Assembly: GCA_963662665.2 (NCBI GenBank)
Contig: CAXXJS010000016.1
Location: 1-64,000, forward strand
Length of the DNA stretch: 64,000 bases
Reading direction: 5' to 3'
Origin: Candidatus Latescibacterota bacterium
Lineage (GTDB): Bacteria; Latescibacterota; UBA2968; GCA-2709665
The notes under the pieces were generated by a model. It was not told the DNA's origin and searched no databases. It saw only the letters and a program-made list of their open reading frames with translations. Both the position numbers and the translations under genes were made by a program. Of this stretch, positions 38,737 through 48,535 are shown piece after piece. Each line of letters opens with the position of its first letter. Positions within the stretch are counted from its first letter, which is position 1.

Positions 38737-40434
38737 TCTGAATAATTCACAAAAAAGGTAGTTTCCTTACCCAAGTCATTGTATTATATTATGGTTACGA
38801 GAATAACCTGATAACAATGAACCGGGAGGAAACTACCGTGGCAGGTCAAGATAAACAACAAAGGATGTCTTTCGCAAGTGTTTCTGGCAAACGGGTAGAA
38901 GCCACCTTCGACGGGGGCATGCTGACCAGCGACACCGGGGCGATGCTGCTTCGCGAGGTGGAATCCAGAATCGGCATTTTGTGTCGGATCGTCGAGGCGA
39001 TAACAGATCGTCGGCATCCAAGTTACGTGGATCACCCGTCGGTGGACCTGCTGACTCAGCGTGTCTTTCAGATGGCGTGTGGGTATGAGGATGCGAACGA
39101 CTGCAATGCGTTGCGTAGTGACCCCGGCTTCAAGGCGGCCTGCGATCGGTTGCCGGTCACCGGTGCCAACCTGGCCAGTCAACCCACGATGAGTCGGTTC
39201 GAGAACCGGATCACCAGAGGTGACTTATATCGTATCGCGAAGGCCTTTGCCGATGCGTTTATCGCCTCGTATAAGCACCCCCCTGAAGCCATTCTGTTGG
39301 ATATCGATGACACGGAAGACAAGGTGTATGGATCCCAGCAGTTGTCGTTATTCAATGCGTATTTCAAGGGCTATTGCTACCAACCCCTGCATATCTATGA
39401 AGGGCAAACCGGCAAGTTGATCACGACGGTCTTGCGTCCGGGCCGCCGACCCACGGGCAAAGAGATCGTGTCGATTCTCAAACGGGTGATCGCCTACCTG
39501 CGTAAAGCATGGCCCGATGTCAAGATCCTGTTGCGTGGCGATTCACACTTTTCGTGTCCGGAAGTGCACACGATGTGTGACGAAAACGATGTGTTTTTTA
39601 TCCTCGGACAAGGCGGAAACGCGGTGCTGCTGCGGTTGGCACAGCCCTTGATGGACCAGGCCAAAGCGCTGTATGCCGATGGGGGAAAACCTGTGCGCCT
39701 GTATCGCTGTTGGGACTATCAGGCCGGCAGCTGGTCTTCCCCACGCCGCATCATCTGCAAGGCAGAAGTCACCCCGCAAGGTCACAATATCCGATTCGTG
39801 GTCACCAACCTGAACGGCGCACAACCGTCATTCATCTACAAAACCGCTTATTGCTCACGCGGCAGGATGGAAAACTTCATCAAGAATCACAAGACCTTTC
39901 TGCATTCCGATCGCACCTCTTGCCACACCTTCCACGCCAATCACTTCCGGCTCTTTCTCCACAGCGCCGCCTATGTGTTGGTGCACGCCCTGGCCCATAT
40001 CGGGTTGCGCGGCACCACGTGGACGAACGCCCAGTTTAATACGCTGCAAAACCGCATCTTGAAAGTCGCCGGGCGCGTTTGTGAACTGAAAACCAAAATC
40101 ACGTTCCATCTGCCAACGGCGTTTCCACTCAAACACCTCTATCGAACCATGCTCTACAATCTGGGAACCGCCATGCCATAACGTTTCCATCTGGAACAGG
40201 CCGCCTTCACGTCTTGATTGCTACCACCAAAAGCCATGGAGAAGTCTGTGCTCTTGGCAGTCACAACAAGGTCATCCTGACGCCTCCACGCAACCCTGCT
40301 ACAAAAATACACCCTGAAATCGCTTGAAAACGCCAGTTCCGCACAGCCAGCTTTCTCCTGCGTTCTTAGACTCACTCGAAAGCTGCTTCTGCTGCACGAA
40401 TCTGCAATCCCTGACGATTCATGAATAGGTCAGG
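38737..40434 (+). mobile_element. IS1380-family insertion sequence (1698 bp)
   Basis: Imperfect terminal inverted repeats (left TCTGAATAATTCAC; right, reverse-complemented, CCTGACCTATTCAT), flanked by a TTAG direct repeat (38733-38736 and 40435-40438); single transposase ORF. Confidence 0.88.
38817..40181 (+). CDS. IS1380-family DDE transposase
   Basis: FDGGMLTSDTG, GYEDANDC..LR.DP, ASQPTMSRFEN, LDID.T, RGDSHF, Y..RG.MENFIK. Confidence 0.93.
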   Translation: MNREETTVAGQDKQQRMSFASVSGKRVEATFDGGMLTSDTGAMLLREVESRIGILCRIVEAITDRRHPSYVDHPSVDLLTQRVFQMACGYEDANDCNALRSDPGFKAACDRLPVTGANLASQPTMSRFENRITRGDLYRIAKAFADAFIASYKHPPEAILLDIDDTEDKVYGSQQLSLFNAYFKGYCYQPLHIYEGQTGKLITTVLRPGRRPTGKEIVSILKRVIAYLRKAWPDVKILLRGDSHFSCPEVHTMCDENDVFFILGQGGNAVLLRLAQPLMDQAKALYADGGKPVRLYRCWDYQAGSWSSPRRIICKAEVTPQGHNIRFVVTNLNGAQPSFIYKTAYCSRGRMENFIKNHKTFLHSDRTSCHTFHANHFRLFLHSAAYVLVHALAHIGLRGTTWTNAQFNTLQNRILKVAGRVCELKTKITFHLPTAFPLKHLYRTMLYNLGTAMP

Positions 40435-40600
40435 TTAGAGGAAACCCTTGTTTTTTTTTCGCTTTTTGATATACTTAACTTCCCGCTTCCGTTACCGGAT
40501 CGCCCCCGGAGACTTGCTAATTCTCAGTGCGCTACACATCCCGGATTCGGCGTATTCACGTCCTGTCTGCTTTGTAATTCTGTTTTGAAGGAGGACATCG

Positions 40601-41110
40601 ATGATAAAGGATAACGTACAGACCGCCCTGAATAACCAGTTGAATTCCGAGCTGTACGCGTCCTATTATTATCTTTCGATGTCCGCATACTTTCAGGCCA
40701 TCAACCTGACGGGTTTCGCTTCCTGGATGCGTGCCCAGGCCCAGGAGGAATTGATGCACGCCATGAGAGTATACGACTTTATCAACGATCGCGAGGGCGA
40801 CGTCGACCTCACGGCCATCGCAGCGCCCAAACGACAGTGGGACAATTCACTGGCGGCGTTCGAAGATGCCTATCGACACGAAAAGGCCGTAACTGCTCAA
40901 ATTTACGACCTGGTGGATCTGAGCCTTACGGAAAGAGACCACGCCACCAACACCTTTCTCCAGTGGTTCGTGACCGAACAGGTGGAGGAAGAAGCCACCG
41001 CGAGCGATATCGTTAACAAACTGAAACTGGTTGGCAACGACGGCAATGGCCTGTTTATTCTGGACAGAGATCTGGGTGCGCGCGGCCCGGCCGACGAAGC
41101 TGAGGAATAA
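40601..41110 (+). CDS. ftnA: non-heme ferritin
   Basis: NSELYASYYYLSMS, EELMHA, HEKAVT, FLQWFVTEQVEEE; AAGGAGG RBS. Confidence 0.95.
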   Translation: MIKDNVQTALNNQLNSELYASYYYLSMSAYFQAINLTGFASWMRAQAQEELMHAMRVYDFINDREGDVDLTAIAAPKRQWDNSLAAFEDAYRHEKAVTAQIYDLVDLSLTERDHATNTFLQWFVTEQVEEEATASDIVNKLKLVGNDGNGLFILDRDLGARGPADEAEE

Positions 41111-41212
41111 ACGCCGGGCCGGGGGCCTAACTGCCAGTGGGACCTGCCACGACGTCCGGTCATTTCCGCCATTCACACTATCTCAACGCAGAAAAAAAAC
41201 TGCAATCCTGGG

Positions 41213-41241
41213 TTGACAAACCGTCGGTCGTATGTTATCTT
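41213..41241 (+). promoter_or_regulatory. sigma-70-type promoter about 480 nt upstream of the sigma factor gene
   Basis: TTGACA-17 bp-TATCTT with an extended -10 TG. Confidence 0.65.
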
Positions 41242-41249
41242 CCTATTTC

Positions 41250-41510
41250 ACACGACTTTCGGTACAATAAAAACCGGCAGGAGTCTGGATTCAATCGGAG
41301 TTACCGCGGGAATCGGCCGTACCCCTCGGCTGCGAAACGGTGGTTCCGGGAAAGAACCTGCTCTCGAGCTGAAACCGAAATTGAGGCTGGAGAACCAGGA
41401 AGCGTATGATCAGGTAATTGCATCAGGGAACCCTTCCCCTAAGGGGTTTCCGGCTCTGTCTTCTGTTTTTCCCACATGTTCAACGCCTCGCCCCGAGAGG
41501 GGTTGAACGC
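41250..41510 (+). ncRNA. candidate structured RNA or leader domain (family not recognised)
   Basis: Nested helices TTTCGGT/ACCGAAA, GCAGG/CCTGC, TCGGAGTTACCG/CGGTGGTTCCGG and CGGCCG/CGGCTG, then hairpins at 41426-41451 and 41478-41508, directly behind a consensus promoter. Confidence 0.4.
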
Positions 41511-41721
41511 TCCACACTTCCCCTTCTCCCTTTTTCTTACCTCCCCTTTCCATATCGTGTTGTTCACGTTTACAGGTGGTGTTTGCTAACCAGCCTGTCG
41601 TCGTTAGTGTATGGTGTCCGTAGAGGATTTGTCTACGTACGGGTACCGGGTATAACCCGATTCGCTGAAAGGCGCCCGGCACCCGCATGAAGACGTCCGC
41701 ACCATTACCTGGGGGAAAGTA

Positions 41722-42603
41722 ATGCCTGCAACGGTAATGCGCCAGCAGAACGGAATCTCATCACGGGGAAAGATACGGACGGCGCTTGAGCTTTATCTCA
41801 AGGATATCGCATACAATGCTCTGCTCACGCCGCAACAGGAAGTAACGTTGGCCAAGCGTATCCGGGCTGGCGACCGCAAGAGTCTGGAACAGATGGTCGA
41901 GTGCAACCTCCGGTTCGTCATCACGATTGCCAAGGAATACCAGGGGCGTGGCTTGCCCCTGGAGGATCTGATTGCCGAGGGCAATCTCGGCCTGGTTCGC
42001 GCAGCTACGCGGTACGACGAAACGGTAGGCGTCAAATTTACAACCTATGCTGTCTGGTGGATCCGGCAGGGCATTCTATCATCACTTGCCGAAAAGGCCC
42101 GTATGGTCAGGCTTCCCGTAAACAAGATCAAACACCTGTGCCGGCTGGAGCGTATCGCATCAAGCCTGAAGCAGAAACTTGGCCGCGAGCCTAGCATCGA
42201 CGAGATCGCGGTGGGGGCGGAGATGCAGCCCAAGCAAGCGCAGGATCTGTTGAACGCGTCGCGATGGCACGTGTCCCTCGACATGCCGCTGGAAGAAGGT
42301 CCGGATTCTTCTTTGCTCGAAGTGCTTGAAGATAAAGACCAGGTATCGCCCGAAAATGAAGTGATGGAACAGGCGATGGCCGACGAGATCCGGGCCGCAC
42401 TGGATTCCCTGTCTTCCCGCGAAGCTCGAATTCTGCGGCTCTATTTCGGCATCAACGGCGAAGACTCAATGACGCTGGAACAAATCGGCAATCAACTGAG
42501 TCTTACTAAGGAGCGGGTCAGACAGATTCGAGACAAGGCGCTTGCCGCACTTAAACACCCGTCGCGAGTGCGCAAGATCCGATCTTACCTTACGGAGAAC
42601 TGA
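41722..42603 (+). CDS. RNA polymerase sigma-70 factor, RpoD/RpoS-like without region 1.1
   Basis: LYLKDI...LLT..QE, NLRFV..IAK, DLIAEGNLGL, KFTTYAVWWIRQ, TLEQIG..L.LTKERVRQI. Confidence 0.93.
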   Translation: MPATVMRQQNGISSRGKIRTALELYLKDIAYNALLTPQQEVTLAKRIRAGDRKSLEQMVECNLRFVITIAKEYQGRGLPLEDLIAEGNLGLVRAATRYDETVGVKFTTYAVWWIRQGILSSLAEKARMVRLPVNKIKHLCRLERIASSLKQKLGREPSIDEIAVGAEMQPKQAQDLLNASRWHVSLDMPLEEGPDSSLLEVLEDKDQVSPENEVMEQAMADEIRAALDSLSSREARILRLYFGINGEDSMTLEQIGNQLSLTKERVRQIRDKALAALKHPSRVRKIRSYLTEN

Positions 42604-42608
42604 AAACC

Positions 42609-43043
42609 GTGGCACACGACACCACCAGGAATCCGGAATGCTCCCTCAGGGGTTCGGTATCACCCTTATTGGACATTGTGGGCGTGCACCACATCACCCT
42701 TGTAGCGCGCAATCTGGATCGATCCAGATCCTTTTACGAGAAATTCCTGGGTCTGCATCCGATCCCCCGGCCCAGTTACGATTTCGAAGGCGCCTGGTAC
42801 CAATGCGGAAGCGTGGAAATACATCTGCTGGTAGCGGAAGAGCACCCGGATCCGTCCAGGCGCCACATCGCGCTTGAGGTTTTGGACTTTGAACGTGTCG
42901 TCAAATCTCTGGACGGCGGGTGGGTGCAGGTCGTCGGCGGCCCGGGAATCAGACCGCACGACGGTAGCCGGTTTGTCTTTCTCCAGGATCCCGACGGCAA
43001 CCTGATTGAAATCACGTGTCACGGTACAAAACGCGAGGGTTGA
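42609..43043 (+). CDS. VOC (glyoxalase) family protein
   Basis: HHITL...FYEKFLG, HIAL, FLQDPDGNLIEI; true start may be slightly downstream. Confidence 0.88.
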   Translation: MAHDTTRNPECSLRGSVSPLLDIVGVHHITLVARNLDRSRSFYEKFLGLHPIPRPSYDFEGAWYQCGSVEIHLLVAEEHPDPSRRHIALEVLDFERVVKSLDGGWVQVVGGPGIRPHDGSRFVFLQDPDGNLIEITCHGTKREG

Positions 43044-43052
43044 GTCGACGTC

Positions 43053-43098
43053 AAACGGGAAGCGGGCCGCGATGGATATCGCGGCCCGCTTCCCGTTT
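43053..43098. terminator. bidirectional intrinsic terminator
   Basis: Perfect 21-bp stem AAACGGGAAGCGGGCCGCGAT / ATCGCGGCCCGCTTCCCGTTT between convergent genes. Confidence 0.88.
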
Positions 43099-43119
43099 AT
43101 GAAGACATCGCCAAAGGCG

Positions 43120-44571
43120 TTACGTGGACCTCCCGGCTCGCAACACCGGTTTCCGCGCGGCCGTTGCTTCATCCAGCCGCCGCACGGGCGTGTGGCGCGG
43201 AGCGCTGTGCAACAGGTCGGGATTCTCTTCCGCTTCCGTGGCGATCCGAACCATGGCTTCGATGAACTCGTCAAGCTGTTCAAGGCTCTCGGTCTCCGTC
43301 GGCTCGATCAGCATCGCTTCCGGCGCAACCCGGGGCAGCGGAAAGTAAATGGTGGGCGGATGATGACCGTAGTCGATCAATCTTTTGGCGATATCCAGGG
43401 CGCTCACTCCGTTGGACCTTTTCTGTCGTGACGCCGAGAGTACCATTTCATGCATGGGCTGAGCCGATTTCGGGCGGTCAAAATAGCCGTCCAGCCGGCT
43501 GGCGATATAATTGGCGTTCAGGACGGCCATTTCGCTCGTGCGCCGCATCCCTTCCGCACCCAACATTCTGGCGTAAACGTATGCGCGAATCACCATCCCG
43601 AAATTCCCGTAGAACGTACTGACCTTTCCGATTGACCGCGGGCGATCGTAGTCCAGACCGAAGCGTTCGCCGCCTTTCGTTACGACCGGGACCGGCAAAT
43701 AAGGCAGAAGTGCTTCTTTCACGCCAACCGGCCCGGACCCGGGGCCGCCGCCGCCATGCGGGGTGGTAAAGGTCTTGTGCAGGTTGATGTGAACCACGTC
43801 AAAACCCATATCTCCCGGCCGGCACTGTCCCAGAAACGCGTTCAGATTCGCGCCATCGTAATAGAGCAGCCCCCCGCCATCGTGGACCACCTGCTGTATC
43901 TCCAGGATTTCGTCCTCAAATACGCCGAATGTATTGGGATTGGTCAGCATCAGTCCCGCCACCCGGTCGTTCATCTTGGCCTTCAGGTCCTCAACGTCCA
44001 CGGTTCCGCGGTCGGTGGATTTCAATGTCTCCACCCGAAAGCCGCACATCGCGGCGGTAGCCGGGTTCGTGCCGTGAGCCGAATCAGGAATCAGCACGAC
44101 CTGCCTCCCATCCTGTCTCTCCCGGTGGTACGCTGCTATCAGCGAGATGCCGACGAATTCTCCCTGCGCTCCTGCCGCAGGCTGAAACGTAAATCCGTCC
44201 ATCCCGGTTACGGCTTTCAATATGGAATCCATTTCCCAGAGGACGCGTAATGCCGCCTGCGAAGACGACGCATCCGCGAGCGGATGCAATCCCGCGAAAT
44301 CGGGCAGACGCGCGGTGCGTTCGTGTACCTTGGGATTGTACTTCATTGTACACGAACCCAACGGATAAAAGGCGGTATCGATACTGAAGTTCATGGACGA
44401 CAGATTCACGTAGTGGCGCACCAGTTCCAGCTCGCCGACTTCCGGCAGCGCCGGCGCGTTTTGCCGATACATCCCGTCGGGGATTGGCACAACCGGAGCG
44501 CCGGCATCCGGGAACGTCGTACAGCGCCGCCCGCTTTCACCTCGTTCGAATATAAGCAGATCCTTATCCAT
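43120..44571 (-). CDS. gcvPB: glycine dehydrogenase (decarboxylating) subunit 2
   Basis: YPLGSCTMKYNP, QPAAGAQGE, SAHGTNPA, NLHKTFTTPHGGGGPG, EPTETES. Confidence 0.96.
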   Translation of the reverse strand: MDKDLLIFERGESGRRCTTFPDAGAPVVPIPDGMYRQNAPALPEVGELELVRHYVNLSSMNFSIDTAFYPLGSCTMKYNPKVHERTARLPDFAGLHPLADASSSQAALRVLWEMDSILKAVTGMDGFTFQPAAGAQGEFVGISLIAAYHRERQDGRQVVLIPDSAHGTNPATAAMCGFRVETLKSTDRGTVDVEDLKAKMNDRVAGLMLTNPNTFGVFEDEILEIQQVVHDGGGLLYYDGANLNAFLGQCRPGDMGFDVVHINLHKTFTTPHGGGGPGSGPVGVKEALLPYLPVPVVTKGGERFGLDYDRPRSIGKVSTFYGNFGMVIRAYVYARMLGAEGMRRTSEMAVLNANYIASRLDGYFDRPKSAQPMHEMVLSASRQKRSNGVSALDIAKRLIDYGHHPPTIYFPLPRVAPEAMLIEPTETESLEQLDEFIEAMVRIATEAEENPDLLHSAPRHTPVRRLDEATAARKPVLRAGRST

Positions 44572-45915
44572 TAGACGTCTCTCCAGGCATCAACCAGACG
44601 CGCAACGTCCGCCCTGGTCTTCGTTTCGGTCACACAGGTCAGTATGCACCGGTCCAGTTCCGGATAGAAACGTCCCAGATCGATACCGCCCGCGATGCCT
44701 TGTCGCCGTAACGCTTCCAGAGCTTCCTGCGCCGGCCGGGGCGTTTCAACCACGAACTCATTGAACGACGCGCCGGAGAACTTGACTGAAAGCCCGTCGA
44801 TCTCGCACAGCGCCGCCGCCGCATCGTGGCTTCGGTTCCAGTTCAACATGCCGACTTCCCGCAAGCCGTCCGGCCCGAGCGACGCAAGATAAACGGTTGC
44901 CGCCGTTGCGCATAACGTCTGATTTGTGCAAATATTCGAAGTTGCTCGTTCGCGTCGGATATGCTGTTCGCGGGTCTGCAGCGTCATCACGAACCCGCGC
45001 CTGCCATCCACATCGGTGGTCTGCCCGACCACCCGGCCGGGCATTCGTCGGATATGCTGTTCGCGGGTGGCGAACATCCCAACGTAAGGGCCCCCGTAGG
45101 ACAACGGCAGACCCAGCGGCTGCCCGTCGCCAACCACAATGTCCGCTCCGAAATCACCGGGCGGGCGGATCACACCCAGGGAAATCGGATTTACCGCCGC
45201 GACATAGACCGCCCGATCATCTCGTACCAGGCATCCCAGTGCTTCCAGCGGTTCGAGCACGCCCACAAAATTCGGATTCTGTACCACCACCGCGGCGGTG
45301 TCGTCGTTCAACTCCGCATCGACGCGGTCCAGGTCGATCGTTCCGGCTTCCGTCCAGGGTATTTCCACCAATTCCAGTCCAATCCCCCTGACATACGTTT
45401 CGACCACCCGCCGGTAAAACGGATGCAGACTGCGCGGCAGCAGTACGCGGGAGCCGCCATTGATCCGCACCGCCATCATCACAGCCTCCGCGAGTGCGGA
45501 CGCCCCCGTCGTACATGGAAGCATTGGCCACTTCCATACCCGTCAGTTCGCAGACCATGGTCTGAAACTCGAAAATCGCCCGCAGGGTTCCCTGGCTCAC
45601 CTCCGCCTGATACGGCGTATAGGCCGTATAGAACTCGCTGCGTGAAATCATTGCATCGACGACGCTGGGCGTGAAATGCTCGTAGGCGCCGCCGCCCGCG
45701 AAAGACAGCCCCGGCGTTTCTGCCCGCGCCGACCGTCCCAGATCCTGAACCAGCTCAAGCGCCTCCATCTCGCTGATGCCGGCGGGCAGATCCAGGGAAT
45801 TCAACCGAAGGGATTCCGGCACCGGTTCAAACAACGCCCCTACTGAATCGACCCCGATTGCCTCCAGCATCCTCCGGATATCTCGATCCGTATGCGGTGT
45901 ATAGTTCACGAACAA
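44571..45915 (-). pseudogene. gcvPA: glycine dehydrogenase subunit 1 with a +1 frameshift (probably a sequencing artefact)
   Basis: ORF 45217-45915 gives FYTAYTPYQAEVSQG...NASMYDG and ORF 44571-45524 continues ASALAEA...TREQHIRRERATSNICTNQ. Removing one G from the G5 run at 45503-45507 joins them. Confidence 0.88.
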
Positions 45916-45946
45916 ATCCCCGTAAATTGCAATGATGGGCGGGTGT

Positions 45947-46669
45947 CTATTTCTTCAAATACGTATATTCCAGACTATCGTTCGGTTGCCACCCAAGAAT
46001 GCGTTTTGCTTTATCGTTTATAAACTGACCGTGCGGGCGATTTCCGAAGATATTGAATACCTCGCAACGCGACGGCAGCCGTTCCGGTCCAATAGTCAAC
46101 CCCGGCAGGAACGCGGCGGCCGCGTCACGCCACGACACCAGAAACGACCAGTCCCGGGCCGGCTCGGCCGACGCGTCGTGGTCCCGAAAAATGCAGAACA
46201 GATAGCACAATACGTAAACGTTGGAATGCAGGGTAAAGATCCTGCATATTTCCTGCCCCAATCCCTTGGACAGCGCGTACAGGTTCGTACTCGGCTTCGG
46301 CGGCACGTCCGGGCCGATCCCGTAGTCCCACGCCGTGTAGGGTTCGCCCTGCACGGTAAAGTGCGGCCCCGTGTTGATAACCCGGCGTATGCCGTGTTTC
46401 ACTGCTGCGCGCATGACGTTATAACACCCCAGCGTATTTACGTCGAACGCGATTTTCCGGTGCGGACGCAGGACGGACAGGTTGATGATCGCGTCCATCC
46501 CCTCGGCAGCGCGCATAACGGCCTCCGGGTCCGCAACGTCCACGGCCATCGTGTCGTGGGGCGAGTCGAATGGTTCCAGGTCCGTTATTCGCAGCGAGAC
46601 GTGCCCCTCCAGCGCTTTCACGACGTGCGGCCCCAACATCCCGTTACCGCCGTATATCACGACTCTCAT
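45947..46669 (-). CDS. NAD-dependent epimerase/dehydratase (uronate-dehydrogenase-like), tandem paralog A
   Basis: GGNGMLG, YALSK; 240 aa. Confidence 0.85.
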   Translation of the reverse strand: MRVVIYGGNGMLGPHVVKALEGHVSLRITDLEPFDSPHDTMAVDVADPEAVMRAAEGMDAIINLSVLRPHRKIAFDVNTLGCYNVMRAAVKHGIRRVINTGPHFTVQGEPYTAWDYGIGPDVPPKPSTNLYALSKGLGQEICRIFTLHSNVYVLCYLFCIFRDHDASAEPARDWSFLVSWRDAAAAFLPGLTIGPERLPSRCEVFNIFGNRPHGQFINDKAKRILGWQPNDSLEYTYLKK

Positions 46670-46781
46670 ATCCCTCTCCGAAGGTGTCCCGTACCGTTAG
46701 TCCGGAGACCGGCGCCATGCCTGGCCGGTCCAGTATGTACGGGAGACGGTCTCCGAAATTCCGCCAGCCTGCGCGGGCTGT

Positions 46782-47504
46782 CTATTTTTTCAGGTAGGTA
46801 TATGCCATCCCGTCCCGGGGTCGCCAACCCAGAATCCGCCTGGTCTTTTCGTTTGTAAAATGCCCGTGCGGCCGATCGCCGAGAATATCGAATACCTCGC
46901 AACGCGACGGCAGACGCTCCAGTGGAATCTTCAATCCGGGGAGGAACGCGGCGGCGGCATCCCGCCACGATACCATAAAAGACCGGTCATGAACAGGTTG
47001 AGAGAATGGATTATGATCGCGGAAACTCCAGAACAGGTAACACAACACGTACACGTCGAAGTTCGAGGCGAAAATCCTGCAGATTTCCTGACCCAGTCCC
47101 TTGGACAGCGCGTACAGATTCGTCCCGGGCTTCGGAGGCACGCCGGGGCCGATGTGATAGTCCCAGTTCACGTAGGATTCTCCCTGCACGGTAAAGTGCG
47201 GGCCCGTGTTGATGACACGGCGTATGCCGTGTTTCACCGCCGCCCGCATGACGTTGAAGCACCCCAGAGTGTTCACGTCGAACGCGACTTTTCGATGCGG
47301 ACGCAAGACGGAAAGGTTGATGATCGCATCCATCCCTTCGGACGCGCTGATAACGGCCTCCGGGTTCGCAACGTCCACTGGCATCATTTCGTGGGACGTT
47401 TCGAACGGCTCCAGATCGGTTATCCGCAGGTTCACGTGACCCTCCAGCGCCTTCACCACGTGCGGTCCCAACATCCCGTTGCCACCGTAAATCACAACTC
47501 TCAT
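46782..47504 (-). CDS. NAD-dependent epimerase/dehydratase, tandem paralog B
   Basis: Same length as paralog A (240 aa from ATG 47504) and roughly 80% identical by eye. Confidence 0.85.
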   Translation of the reverse strand: MRVVIYGGNGMLGPHVVKALEGHVNLRITDLEPFETSHEMMPVDVANPEAVISASEGMDAIINLSVLRPHRKVAFDVNTLGCFNVMRAAVKHGIRRVINTGPHFTVQGESYVNWDYHIGPGVPPKPGTNLYALSKGLGQEICRIFASNFDVYVLCYLFWSFRDHNPFSQPVHDRSFMVSWRDAAAAFLPGLKIPLERLPSRCEVFDILGDRPHGHFTNEKTRRILGWRPRDGMAYTYLKK

Positions 47505-47540
47505 GTCCATCTCCGGCACAGGTCGGATTTCACTGCCTGA

Positions 47541-47730
47541 CCTTGATTCGTACTTCTTCGGGGAAGTAAAACCGAACATATGCAAGTGGATAAAGGTGAT
47601 TTAACTTCTGATTACCAGGATACACCAGGTCACTGGACGTAAACTGAAAAAACGTCCTTTTTTACGACCGTTGTGCCCCGTTTCAGGGGTTTTCGTCCCG
47701 CCGCCGCGCTGCTGTTTTTTCCAATTGGGG
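47541..47730 (-). mobile_element. ~190-bp MITE-like element, copy 2
   Basis: Inverted copy of 31830-32018; flanks CTGA/CTAA (4-bp duplication with one mismatch); inserted right at the TAG stop of the upstream gene. Confidence 0.72.
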
Positions 47731-48375
47731 CTAAATGCCAAGAGCTCTTTTGGCCTGGTCGATGGGAAACCTCGCGCACTCCACCTCGGACTGCACGTGC
47801 AGTACCCGCCACATCGGCCCGTCATTCGACAGCGCCGACGCGATCGCCCTCACCGCGTCATCCATCGTCAATGCCGCGTCGCCTTCGCCCCCCACGTCGC
47901 CGAAACGCAGACACGTCACGCGCAACGAGTGCTCCCGCGCAAACTCCCTGCAGGTGAATTCACCAAGGTACCTCGCCATCGGCGCGGCTTCGGTTGACGG
48001 CCGCGGCGCCCATTGCTCATTTACGTTCCAATTCGGATCACACGCCTCAAACAGGCTGAGGGAACTCACGTACACGACGTGCCCGACCTTCTTCTCCCTG
48101 GCGGCGTGCAGCAGATTGTAGGTACACCGCGTCTGAAAGTCGATTTCGCGTTCGTCGGTCTCCAACCCTTCGGGCAGCTGCGCGAGGTGTACGATCGCAT
48201 CCATCCCGTCCACCAGGGATTCCGATTCTCCATCGTGACCCAATTCACACTTTAGAAAGTCGAGTTCCGTGGACACGTCCACGACGTCCGTCAACGTCAC
48301 CTTGTGTTGCGGCGACAGTTCCGCCGCCAACGCCCGGGCCAACGATGTCGCTCCAGAGGTAATCAGTATTCTCAT
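47731..48375 (-). CDS. divergent NAD-dependent epimerase/dehydratase family protein
   Basis: MRILIT, DAIVHLA, TYNLLHAA, VVYVSS; lacks clear GxxGxxG and YxxxK motifs. Confidence 0.75.
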   Translation of the reverse strand: MRILITSGATSLARALAAELSPQHKVTLTDVVDVSTELDFLKCELGHDGESESLVDGMDAIVHLAQLPEGLETDEREIDFQTRCTYNLLHAAREKKVGHVVYVSSLSLFEACDPNWNVNEQWAPRPSTEAAPMARYLGEFTCREFAREHSLRVTCLRFGDVGGEGDAALTMDDAVRAIASALSNDGPMWRVLHVQSEVECARFPIDQAKRALGI

Positions 48376-48535
48376 AACTCGCGCTCCTGTTTCACGAATT
48401 TCCTTTCGTTCGTGAATATGCAAACCACTTGCGACGTGGACCCCGGCCAGTCCGGGAATGGGCGGTCGCCGGTACCACCGATGATCCCTGTGATTCGTTA
48501 CCGGCGACGAAGGTTCCAATTCACCGGACGTGGTA

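Noticed and set aside
40601-41110. Encapsulin cargo ferritin
   Set aside because: It is a standard FtnA sequence with no recognisable targeting peptide, and no encapsulin gene is in the window.
45916-45946. Glycine riboswitch upstream of gcvPA
   Set aside because: The gap is only 31 nt and contains no aptamer motif.
47505-47585. N-terminal extension of the 267-aa ORF, and the similar 84-aa ORF at 31935-32189 (shared FGFTSPK)
   Set aside because: Both derive from the MITE-like repeat sequence rather than from real coding sequence.
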